Assembly: GCA_965233585.1 (NCBI GenBank)
Contig: CBDDTI010000746.1
Coordinates: forward strand, 128,001-192,000
Source of the DNA: a bacterium
GTDB taxonomy: Bacteria > SAR324 > NAC60-12
Reading direction: 5' to 3'
Length of the DNA stretch: 64,000 nucleotides
Shown here: one piece after another, positions 40,412 to 51,157 of the stretch
Layout: each line of letters begins with the position of its first letter
How positions within the stretch are numbered: position 1 is the stretch's first letter
Translations under genes and position numbers: made by a program
The notes under the pieces: model-generated
What the model saw: the letters and a program-made list of their open reading frames with translations, nothing else
Databases searched by the model: none
Told to the model about the DNA's origin: nothing

Positions 40412-41568
40412 TTGAGGAGATAATCTAAAGAAAGCAAATTTCCTGCATCGTTCTCAATATAGCCTGTTGCATCTACAATTCTGATGTATTTAGGCAATGC
40501 GTCATCTGGATTTTTATGAGTCCATTCTATGATTTGAGATGAAGAAGTAGATGAATATTTCTTCAACTTCTTTTCACCAATTAAATTCCAGTTTTTATCA
40601 TAAATCCATATTTTAGGGAAAAGTCTTGTTTTTCCAATGGGAAACCATTGAAATTCTAGCCTCTCCAAATTCTCTCCTTCAAGTTGAAAAGATGCAGAAC
40701 CTCCCCTTCTCGGAATTTGTCCGTAAACTAAAGTTTCAGCAGGTAGTGATGACAGCACATCTCTTTGCATGACTACTTGCAAATCAGGTTGGGGCAAGCC
40801 TCTTTCATCTAAAGTTTGCTCAAGCTGTTTTGAAATTTGTGCAGAGGGAAGCTGTTGCACTTTTTGAAGCATATCCAACTGCAAATCAAGGTGTGGGGGC
40901 TTGTATTGGGCTTGTGAAATACGGATTTGCGAGCTAAACGTCTGTTTGGGAATTTGTTTGAGCCATTTTGAAAAATCACCGGCATATTCTCCACGATAAA
41001 TCGTGTTAGAGCGGGTCAGAACGTCAATTCTCCAGTCTCTCCAACGAAAATCTCTCTCAAACACTTCACCGATAAATTGCTGATGAACCTCCCCAAGAGA
41101 CACCCCACGAATGGTCACGATGACAGGAGTGAGACCCCCCGCAAACTGTACTGGTAACTCCAAACTTTCCAGCACTGAAATCAGATGCCCTTGAAAGACT
41201 GTTGCCCGAAGTTGAACGTCAACACGAGTGAAGTCTTTTGAAACATTTTCTTGAATCAGGCTTAACTCACCAATGAATCTATCAGGATTTTTTAAGACAT
41301 GCGTTTGTATGAGTTGTTGCTCTTTTTGAGTATCCTCATTTGGAATAAAACTTCGGTTTCGGAAGGGGAGTAGCAAGTCGTTGGGTAAAAAATCCCCTAG
41401 CAACTGAAGCATCAAGTTTCGCTTGGCATGAGCAATCGCTTTGGCTTTCGCTTGGGCATGGTCGTCCCTCAAAATCTTTGCAGAACCAGACACAACAAGT
41501 CTATTTTCTGATGCAAATGCCCCAACTAATTTGAAGAACAACAAAATGCTTAGCAAGAAGTATTTCAC
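40390..41568 (-). CDS. Exported protein with FlgT-N-like domain
   Basis: Signal peptide then GSAKI...AKAKAIAHAKRNLM pattern; remainder unassigned. Confidence 0.55.
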   Translation of the reverse strand: MKYFLLSILLFFKLVGAFASENRLVVSGSAKILRDDHAQAKAKAIAHAKRNLMLQLLGDFLPNDLLLPFRNRSFIPNEDTQKEQQLIQTHVLKNPDRFIGELSLIQENVSKDFTRVDVQLRATVFQGHLISVLESLELPVQFAGGLTPVIVTIRGVSLGEVHQQFIGEVFERDFRWRDWRIDVLTRSNTIYRGEYAGDFSKWLKQIPKQTFSSQIRISQAQYKPPHLDLQLDMLQKVQQLPSAQISKQLEQTLDERGLPQPDLQVVMQRDVLSSLPAETLVYGQIPRRGGSASFQLEGENLERLEFQWFPIGKTRLFPKIWIYDKNWNLIGEKKLKKYSSTSSSQIIEWTHKNPDDALPKYIRIVDATGYIENDAGNLLSLDYLLKWSVKSK

Positions 41569-41811
41569 AGGATTTCAAAGTTTGAATTTCAGGTTTGTCC
41601 TTAATGAAAGCATTCTATCATACCCCAATTTTTGTGTGTTCAAAGAATTTTTTGGAAAGGAGAAACTTTGGTCTGTCAGACTCTTGCAGGCTTGTCCACT
41701 TGCTTAAAAAAAGTCAAGTCATTCCTTCAAACATATTCTATATTCCACCAAATTAAAGTTATAATATTGAAGTTCAGCTTTCAAAAAATGACTTAATATT
41801 CATAAAAGAGA

Positions 41812-44800
41812 ATGATCCCCCTTCTCAATTCTACTGCTTCAGTCACGCCTGCTTATTTAAAATTTCTCAAGTCGCTTAAACAAAGCTCTTTTCAAGGGGA
41901 CATTGAAACCAGCCATGCCTCCCGCCTTTCTGTTGCCACAGACAACAGCATTTATCAGGTTTTACCGCAGGCAGTTTTGTTCCCCAAACACTCAAGAGAT
42001 GTGCAACTGATTTTACAACTGGCTCATCAAAAACCTTTTCAGCATCTTAAATTCACACCACGGGGAGGAGGCACTGGCACGAATGGGCAGTCTCTTGGTC
42101 AAGGAGTTGTGATAGATGCGTCAAGGTACATGAATAAGATTCTTGAAATGAATCTTGAGGCAGGTTGGGTGCGTGTGCAACCGGGTGTCGTGTTAGACCA
42201 GCTCAATGCTGAATTAAAACCGCATCAAGTCTTTTTTGCTCCAACACTTTCACCAAGCAACCGAGCAACGCTTGGGGGAATGATTAGTACTGATGCTTGT
42301 GGCAAAGGGTCGCGAGTCTATGGGCGGACAAGCGAACATGTGATTGAGTTGAAGTCTGTCCTTTGTGATGGCTCTCTTTTGCATTCTCAAGGAGTCAACC
42401 TTGACGAGTTAGAACAGGTGAAACAAGGTAAGTCTATGGAATCACAAATTTACCAAGAAGTTTGTGATTCTGTTTTGGAACACAAAGAACTGATTCAAGA
42501 GACTTTCCCCAAAATTCAAAGGTTTATGACAGGCTACAATCTTGCAAAAGTCTTTGCTGATGACGGACAGACGTTTAATCTCAATTACTTGCTTGCGGGT
42601 TCAGAAGGGACGCTTGCCTACTTGGTAGAAGCCAAGCTCAAGCTGACGCCTCTTGCCAAACACAAAATACTTTTTGTCATTGCATACGATTCCTTTCAAA
42701 ATTCGTTGGCTGATGCTCAAACTCTTTTAAAACACAAGCCAAGTGCCATTGAAACGATTGATGACACCATTTTAAATTTGGCAAAAAAAGATGTCGTTTA
42801 CGACGGAGTCAAAGACAAACTTTCTACTATCCAGAAAGACTTTAAAACCATCAACCTTGTAGAATTGAGCAGCAGCTTGCCAAAAGAACTTTTAACCAAG
42901 CAACAAAATTTAGAGAAAGAGTTACAAGAACGTGTAAAAAGCGGCAAAATTTGTGGATTTGTGCAGGCAGAAGAGTCAGGACAGATTGAGAAATTTTGGA
43001 ATGTGAGGAAAAAAGGTGTGGGCTTGCTTGGGGCTTTCCCGGGTGAAAGACGCCCTGTGCCATTTATTGAAGACACTGCCGTGCCTCCTGAAAAACTCTC
43101 ACAATACATCATGGAACTTTGCCAAGAATTTGACCGCATCGGTTTGCGTTATGGTTTGTTTGGACACGTAGATGTGGGGTGCTTGCATGTGAGACCTGCC
43201 TTAGATTTGAAAACTGAAGAAGATGAGCAAACGATGAAGCATCTTTCCGACTTCACTGCCAATCTGGTTCAAAAATATGGTGGCGTCATGTGGGCAGAGC
43301 ATGGACGGGGCTTTCGTAGTCAATACACTGAACAATACTTTGGGAAAACCCTAAACCATGAATTGAGAAGAATCAAAGGAGTGTTTGACCCAAACAATCA
43401 ACTGAACCCCGGTAAAATTGCAGTCCCTCTTACATCAAATGAAAAGTTAGTACAAGTGGAAGGTTCTTTGCGTGGACAACTGGACAGAACCATTGCAAAG
43501 CAACTTTGGCAAGCCTATTCTCCTGCTGTGCATTGTAACGGCAATGGTTTGTGTTTTGACTATGACGATGACCACCTCATGTGTCCTTCCTACAAGGCAA
43601 CAAGAAATCATCTTCATTCTCCCAAAGGCAGGTCTTCCATGATTCGTGAATGGATTCGTCAACTTTCTGAAAAAGACTACACTGCCTCCTTTTCAACAGC
43701 AGAACAATTTCAAAATCAAACATTGTTCTTTAAAAAACTTTTAACTTTGATTCAGGACAAAATCAGCAGGAAGCAGACAGATTTTTCACATCAAGTGTAC
43801 GATGCCATGTCAGGTTGCTTGTCTTGCAAAGCCTGTGGAACATACTGCCCTGTTCGTGTGGACATACCAAGTGTCAAAGCTCATTTTTTGGAACAATATC
43901 ATTCTCGTTATTTCAGACACCCCAGAGATTATTTAATTGGGTTTTCAGAATGGATTGCCTCAATCCAAGTTCAGATTCCACGAATCAGCAATTTGATGAC
44001 GCATTCCAAAATCAGTCTGTATTTATTGCAAAAATATCTTGGAATGATAGACCCCCCGCCTTTGAGCGAACAAACATGGAAGGCATTGCTTAAAAAAAGA
44101 GGGGCATTGCACACCAAAGAGATTCCCTATGGACTTTCTGAAGACCAGCGAAAACGTTCGGTCATTTTGTTACCTGATGCCTTCAGCTCTTTTTATGATG
44201 TGCCTCAAACAATAGCCGTTTATGATTTGTTCCGTTTACTTGGCTTTTCGGTGTATGTTGCACCGTTTCTTGTCAATGGCAAGCCTTTGTATATCAAGGG
44301 ATTTGTCAAGCAATTCTTGAAAGTGGCACAAAAAAATTGGAGGAATTTGTACCGCCTTGCACAATCAGGTGTCTCCATTGTGGGGTTAGAACCTAGCGTC
44401 GTGATGACTTATCGTGATGAGTATTTACGTGCAACAGGAAGAGAAGATTTAGGCTTTCAGGTGCTTCTAATTCAAGAGTTTTTAACAGAGAGGATAGAAC
44501 GTTTGTCAAAAATTGCTGAAAAGCTCAAAATTGAAGAAAAAACCCAGTATTACCTCTTTTCACATTGTATGGAAAGAGGAGGGGCTAAAGATGCACCAGA
44601 ACAATGGAGAAAGATTTTTGCAGTGTTTGGATTGGATTTGCAACCTGTGGAGTCAGGTTGTTGTGGCATGGCAGGTGCGTACGGACACGAGTCTCAAAAC
44701 TTTCAGCATTCCCGAAGTATCTATCTTTCAAGCTGGGAACGTCTTATCCAAGACCACCAACCTCATCAAATTCTGGTTGATGGGTTTTCATGCAGAAAGC

Positions 44801-44883
44801 AGACAGAACGTTTTGGACACTTCACGCCTGAACATCCTGCCAAAACATTGTTAAAGCATTTGTCCATGCCTGCCAAAATTTGA
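41812..44883 (+). CDS. ydiJ: FAD-binding, Fe-S-binding oxidoreductase (YdiJ/D-2-hydroxyglutarate dehydrogenase-like)
   Basis: TDNSIYQ, PRGGGTGTNGQSL, FGHVDVGCLHVRP, WAEHGRGFRS, CNGNGLC, CLSCKAC, CCGMAGAYGHE. Confidence 0.88.
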   Translation: MIPLLNSTASVTPAYLKFLKSLKQSSFQGDIETSHASRLSVATDNSIYQVLPQAVLFPKHSRDVQLILQLAHQKPFQHLKFTPRGGGTGTNGQSLGQGVVIDASRYMNKILEMNLEAGWVRVQPGVVLDQLNAELKPHQVFFAPTLSPSNRATLGGMISTDACGKGSRVYGRTSEHVIELKSVLCDGSLLHSQGVNLDELEQVKQGKSMESQIYQEVCDSVLEHKELIQETFPKIQRFMTGYNLAKVFADDGQTFNLNYLLAGSEGTLAYLVEAKLKLTPLAKHKILFVIAYDSFQNSLADAQTLLKHKPSAIETIDDTILNLAKKDVVYDGVKDKLSTIQKDFKTINLVELSSSLPKELLTKQQNLEKELQERVKSGKICGFVQAEESGQIEKFWNVRKKGVGLLGAFPGERRPVPFIEDTAVPPEKLSQYIMELCQEFDRIGLRYGLFGHVDVGCLHVRPALDLKTEEDEQTMKHLSDFTANLVQKYGGVMWAEHGRGFRSQYTEQYFGKTLNHELRRIKGVFDPNNQLNPGKIAVPLTSNEKLVQVEGSLRGQLDRTIAKQLWQAYSPAVHCNGNGLCFDYDDDHLMCPSYKATRNHLHSPKGRSSMIREWIRQLSEKDYTASFSTAEQFQNQTLFFKKLLTLIQDKISRKQTDFSHQVYDAMSGCLSCKACGTYCPVRVDIPSVKAHFLEQYHSRYFRHPRDYLIGFSEWIASIQVQIPRISNLMTHSKISLYLLQKYLGMIDPPPLSEQTWKALLKKRGALHTKEIPYGLSEDQRKRSVILLPDAFSSFYDVPQTIAVYDLFRLLGFSVYVAPFLVNGKPLYIKGFVKQFLKVAQKNWRNLYRLAQSGVSIVGLEPSVVMTYRDEYLRATGREDLGFQVLLIQEFLTERIERLSKIAEKLKIEEKTQYYLFSHCMERGGAKDAPEQWRKIFAVFGLDLQPVESGCCGMAGAYGHESQNFQHSRSIYLSSWERLIQDHQPHQILVDGFSCRKQTERFGHFTPEHPAKTLLKHLSMPAKI

Positions 44884-45160
44884 CTGACAACATTTTTAGA
44901 CACTCACTGACTTAAACCCCTTAGCATAGTGGATTCAATAGATTTTTTTCAAAAAAACTCCAATCAATCAGATTTTTCTCAAAACTCTAACTTTTTCTGA
45001 CCTTCCAACCTGTCTATTTTCCAATGTTCTAAAAAATCTTAAAAACTCCTTAAATTTTCTTCAAAATCCTGCATCTTTGAGGTTTTGGAAGGTTTGATAG
45101 TTATCAAAAGTGGCAGAAGGCATCATTCATTTTTTGAAGAAAGTGAAACACTTCGTCCCT

Positions 45161-45217
45161 CCGTCATTGCTCACCTTGTCCGCAATCTCATTCTTCTTAA
45201 AATACAGGACAAACTAC
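45161..45217. repeat. Deleted copy of the 59439-59533 palindromic repeat unit, abutting the lipoprotein A stop codon
   Basis: ccgtcattgctcaccttg..ccgcaatctcattcttcttaaaa(t/c)acaggacaaac is shared with 59439-59514. Confidence 0.85.
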
Positions 45218-46317
45218 CTCCCAAACTTGATTAAAAGCATGTCCTCATTTCCTGAATTGGTGTGTCCATCAAAATTTCCTCCAGAGAATCCTGTCACGTA
45301 AACATTGCCTGCTGAATCCACACTCACTCCCTTTCCTGCATCACTACTGGTAGTGCCAAGCAACTTAGACCTTTTTTTGACACCTGAAGTATCATACTTG
45401 ATTAAAAATATGTCAAAGTCTCCTGAATGGGTCTTTCCATCAAAAGCTCCTGAAGAGCTTCCTGTCACGTAAACATTGCCTACTGAATCCACACTCACTC
45501 CATTTCCTGCATCACTACTGGTAGTGCCAAGCAGTTTTGACCACTGCTTGTTGCCTGAAGTATCATACTTGATTAAAAACATATCCTTACCTCCTGAATT
45601 GGTCTGTCCATCAAAGGCTCCTGCAGAGAATCCTGTCACGTAAACATTGCCTGAAGCATCCACACTCACTCCATGTCCTCTATCATCACCGCTAGTGCCA
45701 AGCAGTTTTGACCACTGCTTGTTGCCTGAACTGTCATACTTGATTAAAAACATGTCCTCTTTTCCTGAATTGGTCTTTGTATCAAAAGCTCCTTTAGAAT
45801 ATCCTGTCACGTAAACATTGCCTGCTGAATCTACACTCACTCCTAATCCGTCATCACGAGATCGACTGCCAAGCAGTTCAGACCATTGTTTAGCCAAGTG
45901 TTCAGCAATGGCTTGGTTGTGGCAAGCCCATTCAGAAGCAGAAGTCTTGCCTGATGCTTTCACACGAACGCAGAGTTTGTCTTTGGCAATGGCATCATCT
46001 CCAAAACTAAAAGGGCTGCTGCAATCAGTAGGAGTTGTGCCTCCATCTTTGGAACATTGATAGCTTTGCCCTGAAGTGGTGGCAAAGGTCAAGGTTCTGC
46101 CTGAAATAGCAAGAGAAGTTGGCGGCTTTGGTGGCTTGGTAGCTTCAGCAGTGTTGTCATCTGATGGACTACGTTTGTCAGTGCAAGAAACGAGGACACT
46201 GAGACCAAGCAGGACTGAACATTTCTTCAAAGAAGAAGGTTTAAGAAATGATGCAAAAGCATCGGTGCAGGCAACAAGTGCTTTGATAAACGTTTTGATT
46301 GTATGACGTGCAAACAT
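45214..46317 (-). CDS. Surface lipoprotein A: extended signal, Cys module, 4 SBBP beta-propeller repeats
   Basis: Lipobox LVSC at residue 45; repeats GVSVDSAGNVYVTG...DMFLIKYDxSG; GGAG RBS. Confidence 0.88.
   Translation of the reverse strand: MFARHTIKTFIKALVACTDAFASFLKPSSLKKCSVLLGLSVLVSCTDKRSPSDDNTAEATKPPKPPTSLAISGRTLTFATTSGQSYQCSKDGGTTPTDCSSPFSFGDDAIAKDKLCVRVKASGKTSASEWACHNQAIAEHLAKQWSELLGSRSRDDGLGVSVDSAGNVYVTGYSKGAFDTKTNSGKEDMFLIKYDSSGNKQWSKLLGTSGDDRGHGVSVDASGNVYVTGFSAGAFDGQTNSGGKDMFLIKYDTSGNKQWSKLLGTTSSDAGNGVSVDSVGNVYVTGSSSGAFDGKTHSGDFDIFLIKYDTSGVKKRSKLLGTTSSDAGKGVSVDSAGNVYVTGFSGGNFDGHTNSGNEDMLLIKFGR
45225..45890 (-). repeat. Intragenic tandem repeat, 4 x 171 bp (57 aa)
   Basis: cctgtcacgtaaacattgcct recurs at 45290, 45461, 45632, 45803. 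Confidence 0.92.
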
Positions 46318-46486
46318 TTGATGGACTCCATTTAGAGGTTAGATAAAAAAACAACATTCAACACAATGAATGTCGTCATGGTAAAACTCTTGGTTTGAAA
46401 AAAAACATCATCTGATTTTCAAGGAAAAGAGTTGAATAAAAACCAAAGCTATACTATGCAAGTACAAAAAAAAAATACAAGCCACG
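46318..46486 (-). promoter_or_regulatory. Poly-T promoter and two-hairpin leader of lipoprotein A
   Basis: ggcTTGTA-T10-gtacttgCATAGT, then two hairpins and GGAG; homologous to 55569-55736. Confidence 0.65.
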
Positions 46487-46595
46487 ACTTAGAATATTTG
46501 AAGTTTTCTTGAGTTGGTGTAATTTTTGTCAAGAGAAGGAAGGACTGGCAAAAAGTGGTCAAGTTTGGGGTTAAAAAGTTTTTTCAATATAAATT

Positions 46596-46624
46596 TTGAA
46601 TATTTGACAAGTTTTTGCTATACT
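46596..46624 (+). promoter_or_regulatory. Sigma70 promoter for mrp-ftsH
   Basis: TTGAAT, 17 nt, TG-c-TATACT (extended -10). Confidence 0.55.
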
Positions 46625-46652
46625 TCGAAGATTTTGCATTGCCTAATAAATC

Positions 46653-47711
46653 ATGGATTTGAGAGAGCAGTTTGAGACGGTCTTTTGTTCTATCCCCTAT
46701 GGAACATCTGGTCAAAATTTGATTGATGCTGAAGTGGTGCATGGTTGCATCATCAATGAAGATTTTGCAAAGGTGACGCTGATTGTGCCAAATCATCTTT
46801 TGCATGCAGAGTTGTCCCATGTTGTCAAAGACAAGCTGACAGCGATTCCAGAGATCAACCGTGTGGCTATTGAGTTTCTTGACCAAGCACCTGCTGAAGA
46901 ACCCCACAGTTCCAAGCCTTCTACCAAGCTCAAAAAGCCTTCTTCAGTGCTTTATCTTGAGGAGTATAAAGAAGTGATTGCCGTTGCCAGTGGCAAAGGC
47001 GGGGTGGGGAAGTCCACGGTGGCAGTCAATCTTGCGATTGCTTTGGCACAAATGGATTATCAAGTCAGCTTGTTTGATGCAGATATTTTTGGACCAAGTC
47101 TGCCAATGATGCTGAACATACGCAATGAACGTCCAACCACTGTCAAAAATCGTATCTTGCCAATCAAACAGTATGGCATTCAAACTATGTCTATTGGGAA
47201 TTTGATTGAAGAGCAGTCGTCTGTGATTTGGCGTGGTCCGATGGTGCATCAAGCGATTCAGCAGTTGTTGCGTGATACCAACTGGACAGGTGGAGATTTT
47301 ATGATCATTGACCTACCACCTGGAACGGGAGACGCCCAGCTCACTCTTTCGCAAAGTGTTCAGATTTCTGGTGCAGTGATTGTCTCCACGCCTCAAGATG
47401 TTGCACTACTTGATGCTAGAAAAGCAATCAATATGTTTGAAAAAGTGGATGTGGAAGTCTTGGGCTTGGTTGAAAATATGAGTTCTTTCATCTGTCCTCA
47501 TTGCCAGACGGCTTCTCATATCTTCGGAAAACATGGGGCAAAGCAAGAAAGCGAACGTTTAGACATTCCCTTCTTAGGCTCAATTCCACTTGAGCTAGCA
47601 GTGAGAGAAGGTGGAGACTCTGGTGAACCTGTTGTTACTCAAAAACAAAGCACTCCTGCAAAAGATGCTTTTTTTGAACTAGCAACAGCATTATCTGACA
47701 TTTTATCTTAA
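46653..47711 (+). CDS. mrp: Mrp/NBP35 (ApbC) Fe-S carrier ATPase
   Basis: SGKGGVGKSTV, DADIFGPS, WRGPM, DLPPGTGD, ENMSSFICPHC. Confidence 0.93.
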   Translation: MDLREQFETVFCSIPYGTSGQNLIDAEVVHGCIINEDFAKVTLIVPNHLLHAELSHVVKDKLTAIPEINRVAIEFLDQAPAEEPHSSKPSTKLKKPSSVLYLEEYKEVIAVASGKGGVGKSTVAVNLAIALAQMDYQVSLFDADIFGPSLPMMLNIRNERPTTVKNRILPIKQYGIQTMSIGNLIEEQSSVIWRGPMVHQAIQQLLRDTNWTGGDFMIIDLPPGTGDAQLTLSQSVQISGAVIVSTPQDVALLDARKAINMFEKVDVEVLGLVENMSSFICPHCQTASHIFGKHGAKQESERLDIPFLGSIPLELAVREGGDSGEPVVTQKQSTPAKDAFFELATALSDILS

Positions 47712-47735
47712 ACTTTTCTTTCCTTTGAGGTTTTA

Positions 47736-49517
47736 GTGAATTCTTTTTTTAAAAATATCGGCTTATGGCTGATGATTGGTTTATCATTCCTTTTAGGTTT
47801 CATGTTTTTTGGTGAAAGCCAGCCAACTGCAGGGAACCACGTTGCATTTTCTGAATTTATGACAGACTTGGAGAGGGGAAACATCACAGGGGTTGTTGTG
47901 AGAAGCAATGAATTACTGGGGATTCGTCTTGACAAAAGCGTCGTGCAAACACTTGCACCTGACTATCCCAATCTCATCAGTGATCTTGAAAAGCAACAAG
48001 TGACAATTCAAGTAGAACCGACCGAGACACGTAGCTTATTCCTTGCCATACTCAACAGCTGGCTGCCTATCTTATTGATTGTGGGCATCTGGGTTTTCTT
48101 TGTCCGACAAGTCCAAGGCAACGCAGGGAAGGCGCTGGGCTTTCAAAAAATGAAGCTCCCTTCTACTGATGGTGCAGACAAAACCGTGACGTTCCAAGAT
48201 GTTGCAGGAATTGATGAAGCCAAAGAAGAGCTTTCGGAGATTGTAGATTTTCTGGCAGACCCCAAAAAATTTAGTGAACTTGGAGGCGAGATTCCAAGAG
48301 GCGCCTTGCTCATTGGCAACCCTGGCACAGGGAAAACACTCATGGCAAAGGCAATCGCAGGAGAAGCAGAAGTTCCGTTTTTTAACATCAGTGGCTCTGA
48401 TTTTGTTGAAATGTTTGTTGGTGTTGGGGCAAGTCGTGTGAGAGATTTGTTTGACCAAGCCAAGAAAAGCGCACCTTGTATTATTTTTATTGATGAAATT
48501 GATGCACTTGGCAGAAGTCGTGGCTCTGGCATGGGAGGTGGACATGATGAACGTGAGCAGACCTTGAATCAATTACTGGTGGAGATGGACGGCTTTGAAG
48601 TCAATGAAGGGATCATCGTCATTGCCGCAACCAACCGACCTGATGTGCTAGATTCTGCACTCTTGCGACCCGGACGTTTTGACAGACACATCACAATTCC
48701 CATGCCTGATATTGCAGGACGCCAAGCCATTTTAGAAGCCCATGTGAAACATGTGACATTGGCAGAAGATGTGGATTTACATGTGATTGCAAGAGGCACT
48801 CCGGGCTTTACAGGGGCAGACCTTGCTAACCTTGTCAATGAATCTGCGCTTTGGGCAGCACGTCAAAATAAAGAAGAGGTCAACAAAGATGCCTTTGAGT
48901 ATGCACGTGATAAAGTCCTGATGGGAACAGAACGCAAAACTGCATTGATCCACGAAAGCGAAAAACGCACCACTGCCTATCACGAGGCAGGACATGCCAT
49001 TGTTGCTGTTGCCATTCCAGAAGTTGACCCTGTCCACAAAGTCACCATTATCCCACGTGGGCAAGCTCTTGGGGTGACTCAATTATTGCCAGAAGAAGAC
49101 CGCCACAGCTACACCCAAAAAGGATTGCTTGGACAGATTGCTATGATTATGGGAGGACGCGCTGCAGAGCATCTGGTGTTTCAACGTTTCACAACAGGTG
49201 CAAGTGATGACTTGAAAAAAGCAACAGACATCGCACAACGCATGGTGTGTCAGTGGGGAATGAGTGAAAAACTAGGACCGCTTTGCTGTTCAGATGATGA
49301 ATCTAAACAAAACTATTCACAAAAATCATACAGCAATCACACTTCACAAATCATTGATTCTGAAATCAAACGTATCTTAGAACAGGCTTATGCCAGAGCC
49401 AAAGACATTTTGACAGTACACCGAAACGTCCTTGACGAAATTGCCGATGCCCTCATGGAACAAGAAACGATTGACGGAGCCGTGGTAGAAAGCACATTCG
49501 CCAGACACTCCTCCTGA
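47736..49517 (+). CDS. ftsH: ATP-dependent zinc metalloprotease FtsH
   Basis: Two [28 protein letters not shown]. Confidence 0.97.
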   Translation: MNSFFKNIGLWLMIGLSFLLGFMFFGESQPTAGNHVAFSEFMTDLERGNITGVVVRSNELLGIRLDKSVVQTLAPDYPNLISDLEKQQVTIQVEPTETRSLFLAILNSWLPILLIVGIWVFFVRQVQGNAGKALGFQKMKLPSTDGADKTVTFQDVAGIDEAKEELSEIVDFLADPKKFSELGGEIPRGALLIGNPGTGKTLMAKAIAGEAEVPFFNISGSDFVEMFVGVGASRVRDLFDQAKKSAPCIIFIDEIDALGRSRGSGMGGGHDEREQTLNQLLVEMDGFEVNEGIIVIAATNRPDVLDSALLRPGRFDRHITIPMPDIAGRQAILEAHVKHVTLAEDVDLHVIARGTPGFTGADLANLVNESALWAARQNKEEVNKDAFEYARDKVLMGTERKTALIHESEKRTTAYHEAGHAIVAVAIPEVDPVHKVTIIPRGQALGVTQLLPEEDRHSYTQKGLLGQIAMIMGGRAAEHLVFQRFTTGASDDLKKATDIAQRMVCQWGMSEKLGPLCCSDDESKQNYSQKSYSNHTSQIIDSEIKRILEQAYARAKDILTVHRNVLDEIADALMEQETIDGAVVESTFARHSS

Positions 49518-49608
49518 GCTTTTTGAATCTTTCTCAAACCTCAAAAATGGGACAGAGATTGAAAATCAGGGACTCAAAGAGTTGACCGATGCCACTTCAA
49601 AAGATTTT

Positions 49609-50319
49609 TTAATCAAAATCCCAGCCAAGAAACAACTCTAGCAAAGTATCATTTCCTGCTTTCACAGACTCATTGCCTGCTGAATCTACTGCTGTTGCAC
49701 CTAAAATACAAGCACAGACAGAAACCCCTGCCATAAAGGAATCTACCTGATAGAAAAATGGCAAAACAAAGCCTAACGTCTCAAAGCCAGAGTCTTCTAC
49801 TGATTCAGAAATCTCCTGTTCGGTCTCGTTACCTCCAATAAACGTAGTCAGAGTGCCTTTGTAGGACATTTTCATGTCATTAGCAATGCCAACCCGCAAC
49901 TGTGGTTGGAAAAACTCCCAAAAAGCATATCCCACGTTGACCACAAAACCTGACAGACTATAATCCATTTCTAGCTCAACTTCTTGCCTAGTTTGAAGTA
50001 TTCCTCCTCCCTCACTCTCTCCAATTTTTTCCTTGCCATGAGATAAAGTCAGACTTTGAAAGCCAATTCCCCAAACCCATTCATCAACAAAAGAATATCC
50101 CACATAAAAGGAACTCCCTGACGTTTTGACAACTTTGTCTTCAGAAATGCTTGTCACAGCTTTTTTGAAATAGGTGGTGGTTCCTGTGGCAGGACCCCCT
50201 GAAAGTTCCAAACGATCGGCAACAGACGTTGTAGTGAACATCCAAGTATTCAGCACGCCTATCAAGATTGATTTCTTTGTCAATGATTTAAATGCGTTCT
50301 TTGTAAATAATTTTTTCAT
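49609..50319 (-). CDS. Putative outer-membrane beta-barrel protein
   Basis: Signal peptide, amphipathic beta strands, C-terminal LELFLGWDF. Confidence 0.6.
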   Translation of the reverse strand: MKKLFTKNAFKSLTKKSILIGVLNTWMFTTTSVADRLELSGGPATGTTTYFKKAVTSISEDKVVKTSGSSFYVGYSFVDEWVWGIGFQSLTLSHGKEKIGESEGGGILQTRQEVELEMDYSLSGFVVNVGYAFWEFFQPQLRVGIANDMKMSYKGTLTTFIGGNETEQEISESVEDSGFETLGFVLPFFYQVDSFMAGVSVCACILGATAVDSAGNESVKAGNDTLLELFLGWDFD

Positions 50320-50464
50320 AGCGACTTGATTCTAAAAATTTTAAAAAGTGTTGGTGTTGAAAGAGATTGAAATTTTTTTAGGGAGTCGTCGTCCTTTTGT
50401 TGTTCATAACCTCTACCTATCAAGCACGATTTTTGTTTCAAAAACTTTTGCTTGTTGAGTGTCA

Positions 50465-50779
50465 TTATGCCACCTCAAGCAAATAATCATGTATCACTTT
50501 TTCTATCAACTCATCTTCTTTCATACCTTTCTTTTTTGATTGTTCTTGAAGTTTTAAAAAATCTGTTTGCCTTATTCTACAAGAAACTTTTTTGACTTCT
50601 TCCCTCTCAACTCCCAAAGATTTGTAAAAATCATCTACTCTTTTTTGTCTTTCTTCCTCACTAAAAAAAGAAGGGGGTTGACTTTCCAAATAATCATCAA
50701 TAGAGTTAGATGTTTCTATTTCATAATCATCTAACTTATACTGTTTTACAAAGGGGTGTTCTTTGTGTAATTTTTCCAT
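50465..50779 (-). CDS. Putative antitoxin (C-terminal RHH/CopG-like)
   Basis: Acidic N-terminus, KKVSCRIRQTDFLKLQEQSKKKGM...LIEKVIHDYL; directly downstream of the toxin. Confidence 0.7.
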   Translation of the reverse strand: MEKLHKEHPFVKQYKLDDYEIETSNSIDDYLESQPPSFFSEEERQKRVDDFYKSLGVEREEVKKVSCRIRQTDFLKLQEQSKKKGMKEDELIEKVIHDYLLEVA

Positions 50780-50785
50780 ATTGAC

Positions 50786-51076
50786 CTATTTTAAGTTATA
50801 TTGTTTATTCAATTTTTGACTTGGTATGATAGTAATCAAGTTTAATACATTCTCTCTTACTTCAAAAGGAACATAATGAATATAATCATGTAAACTGATT
50901 ATAAAAGATAACTGATTTGGATATTTAACTTGATTCGGTGTGAAAATTATATCTATAACTTTTCCAAGCCTTATCTCTTTCTCTACCATTTCAAAACTAA
51001 CTTTCCTGACACTGTTCTTTAATATTTCATTCTTTTCTTCTTTCCATTCAATAGGAACTTCTTTTAAATTCATCAC
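50786..51076 (-). CDS. BrnT-like toxin
   Basis: EWKEEKNEILK..RKVSFE, KYPNQ, YIHYVPF, LITIIPSQKLNKQY. Confidence 0.72.
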   Translation of the reverse strand: MMNLKEVPIEWKEEKNEILKNSVRKVSFEMVEKEIRLGKVIDIIFTPNQVKYPNQLSFIISLHDYIHYVPFEVRENVLNLITIIPSQKLNKQYNLK

Positions 51077-51157
51077 TATAAAGATTAAACGTCTATCATA
51101 ATAATCAAAAATTCTACAAAAGCAAATTTATTTCATCATCATCAAAACCTTGTTCCC

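Noticed and set aside
51077..51157. tmRNA (ssrA) next to smpB
   Set aside because: Gap too short and no tRNA-like ends seen
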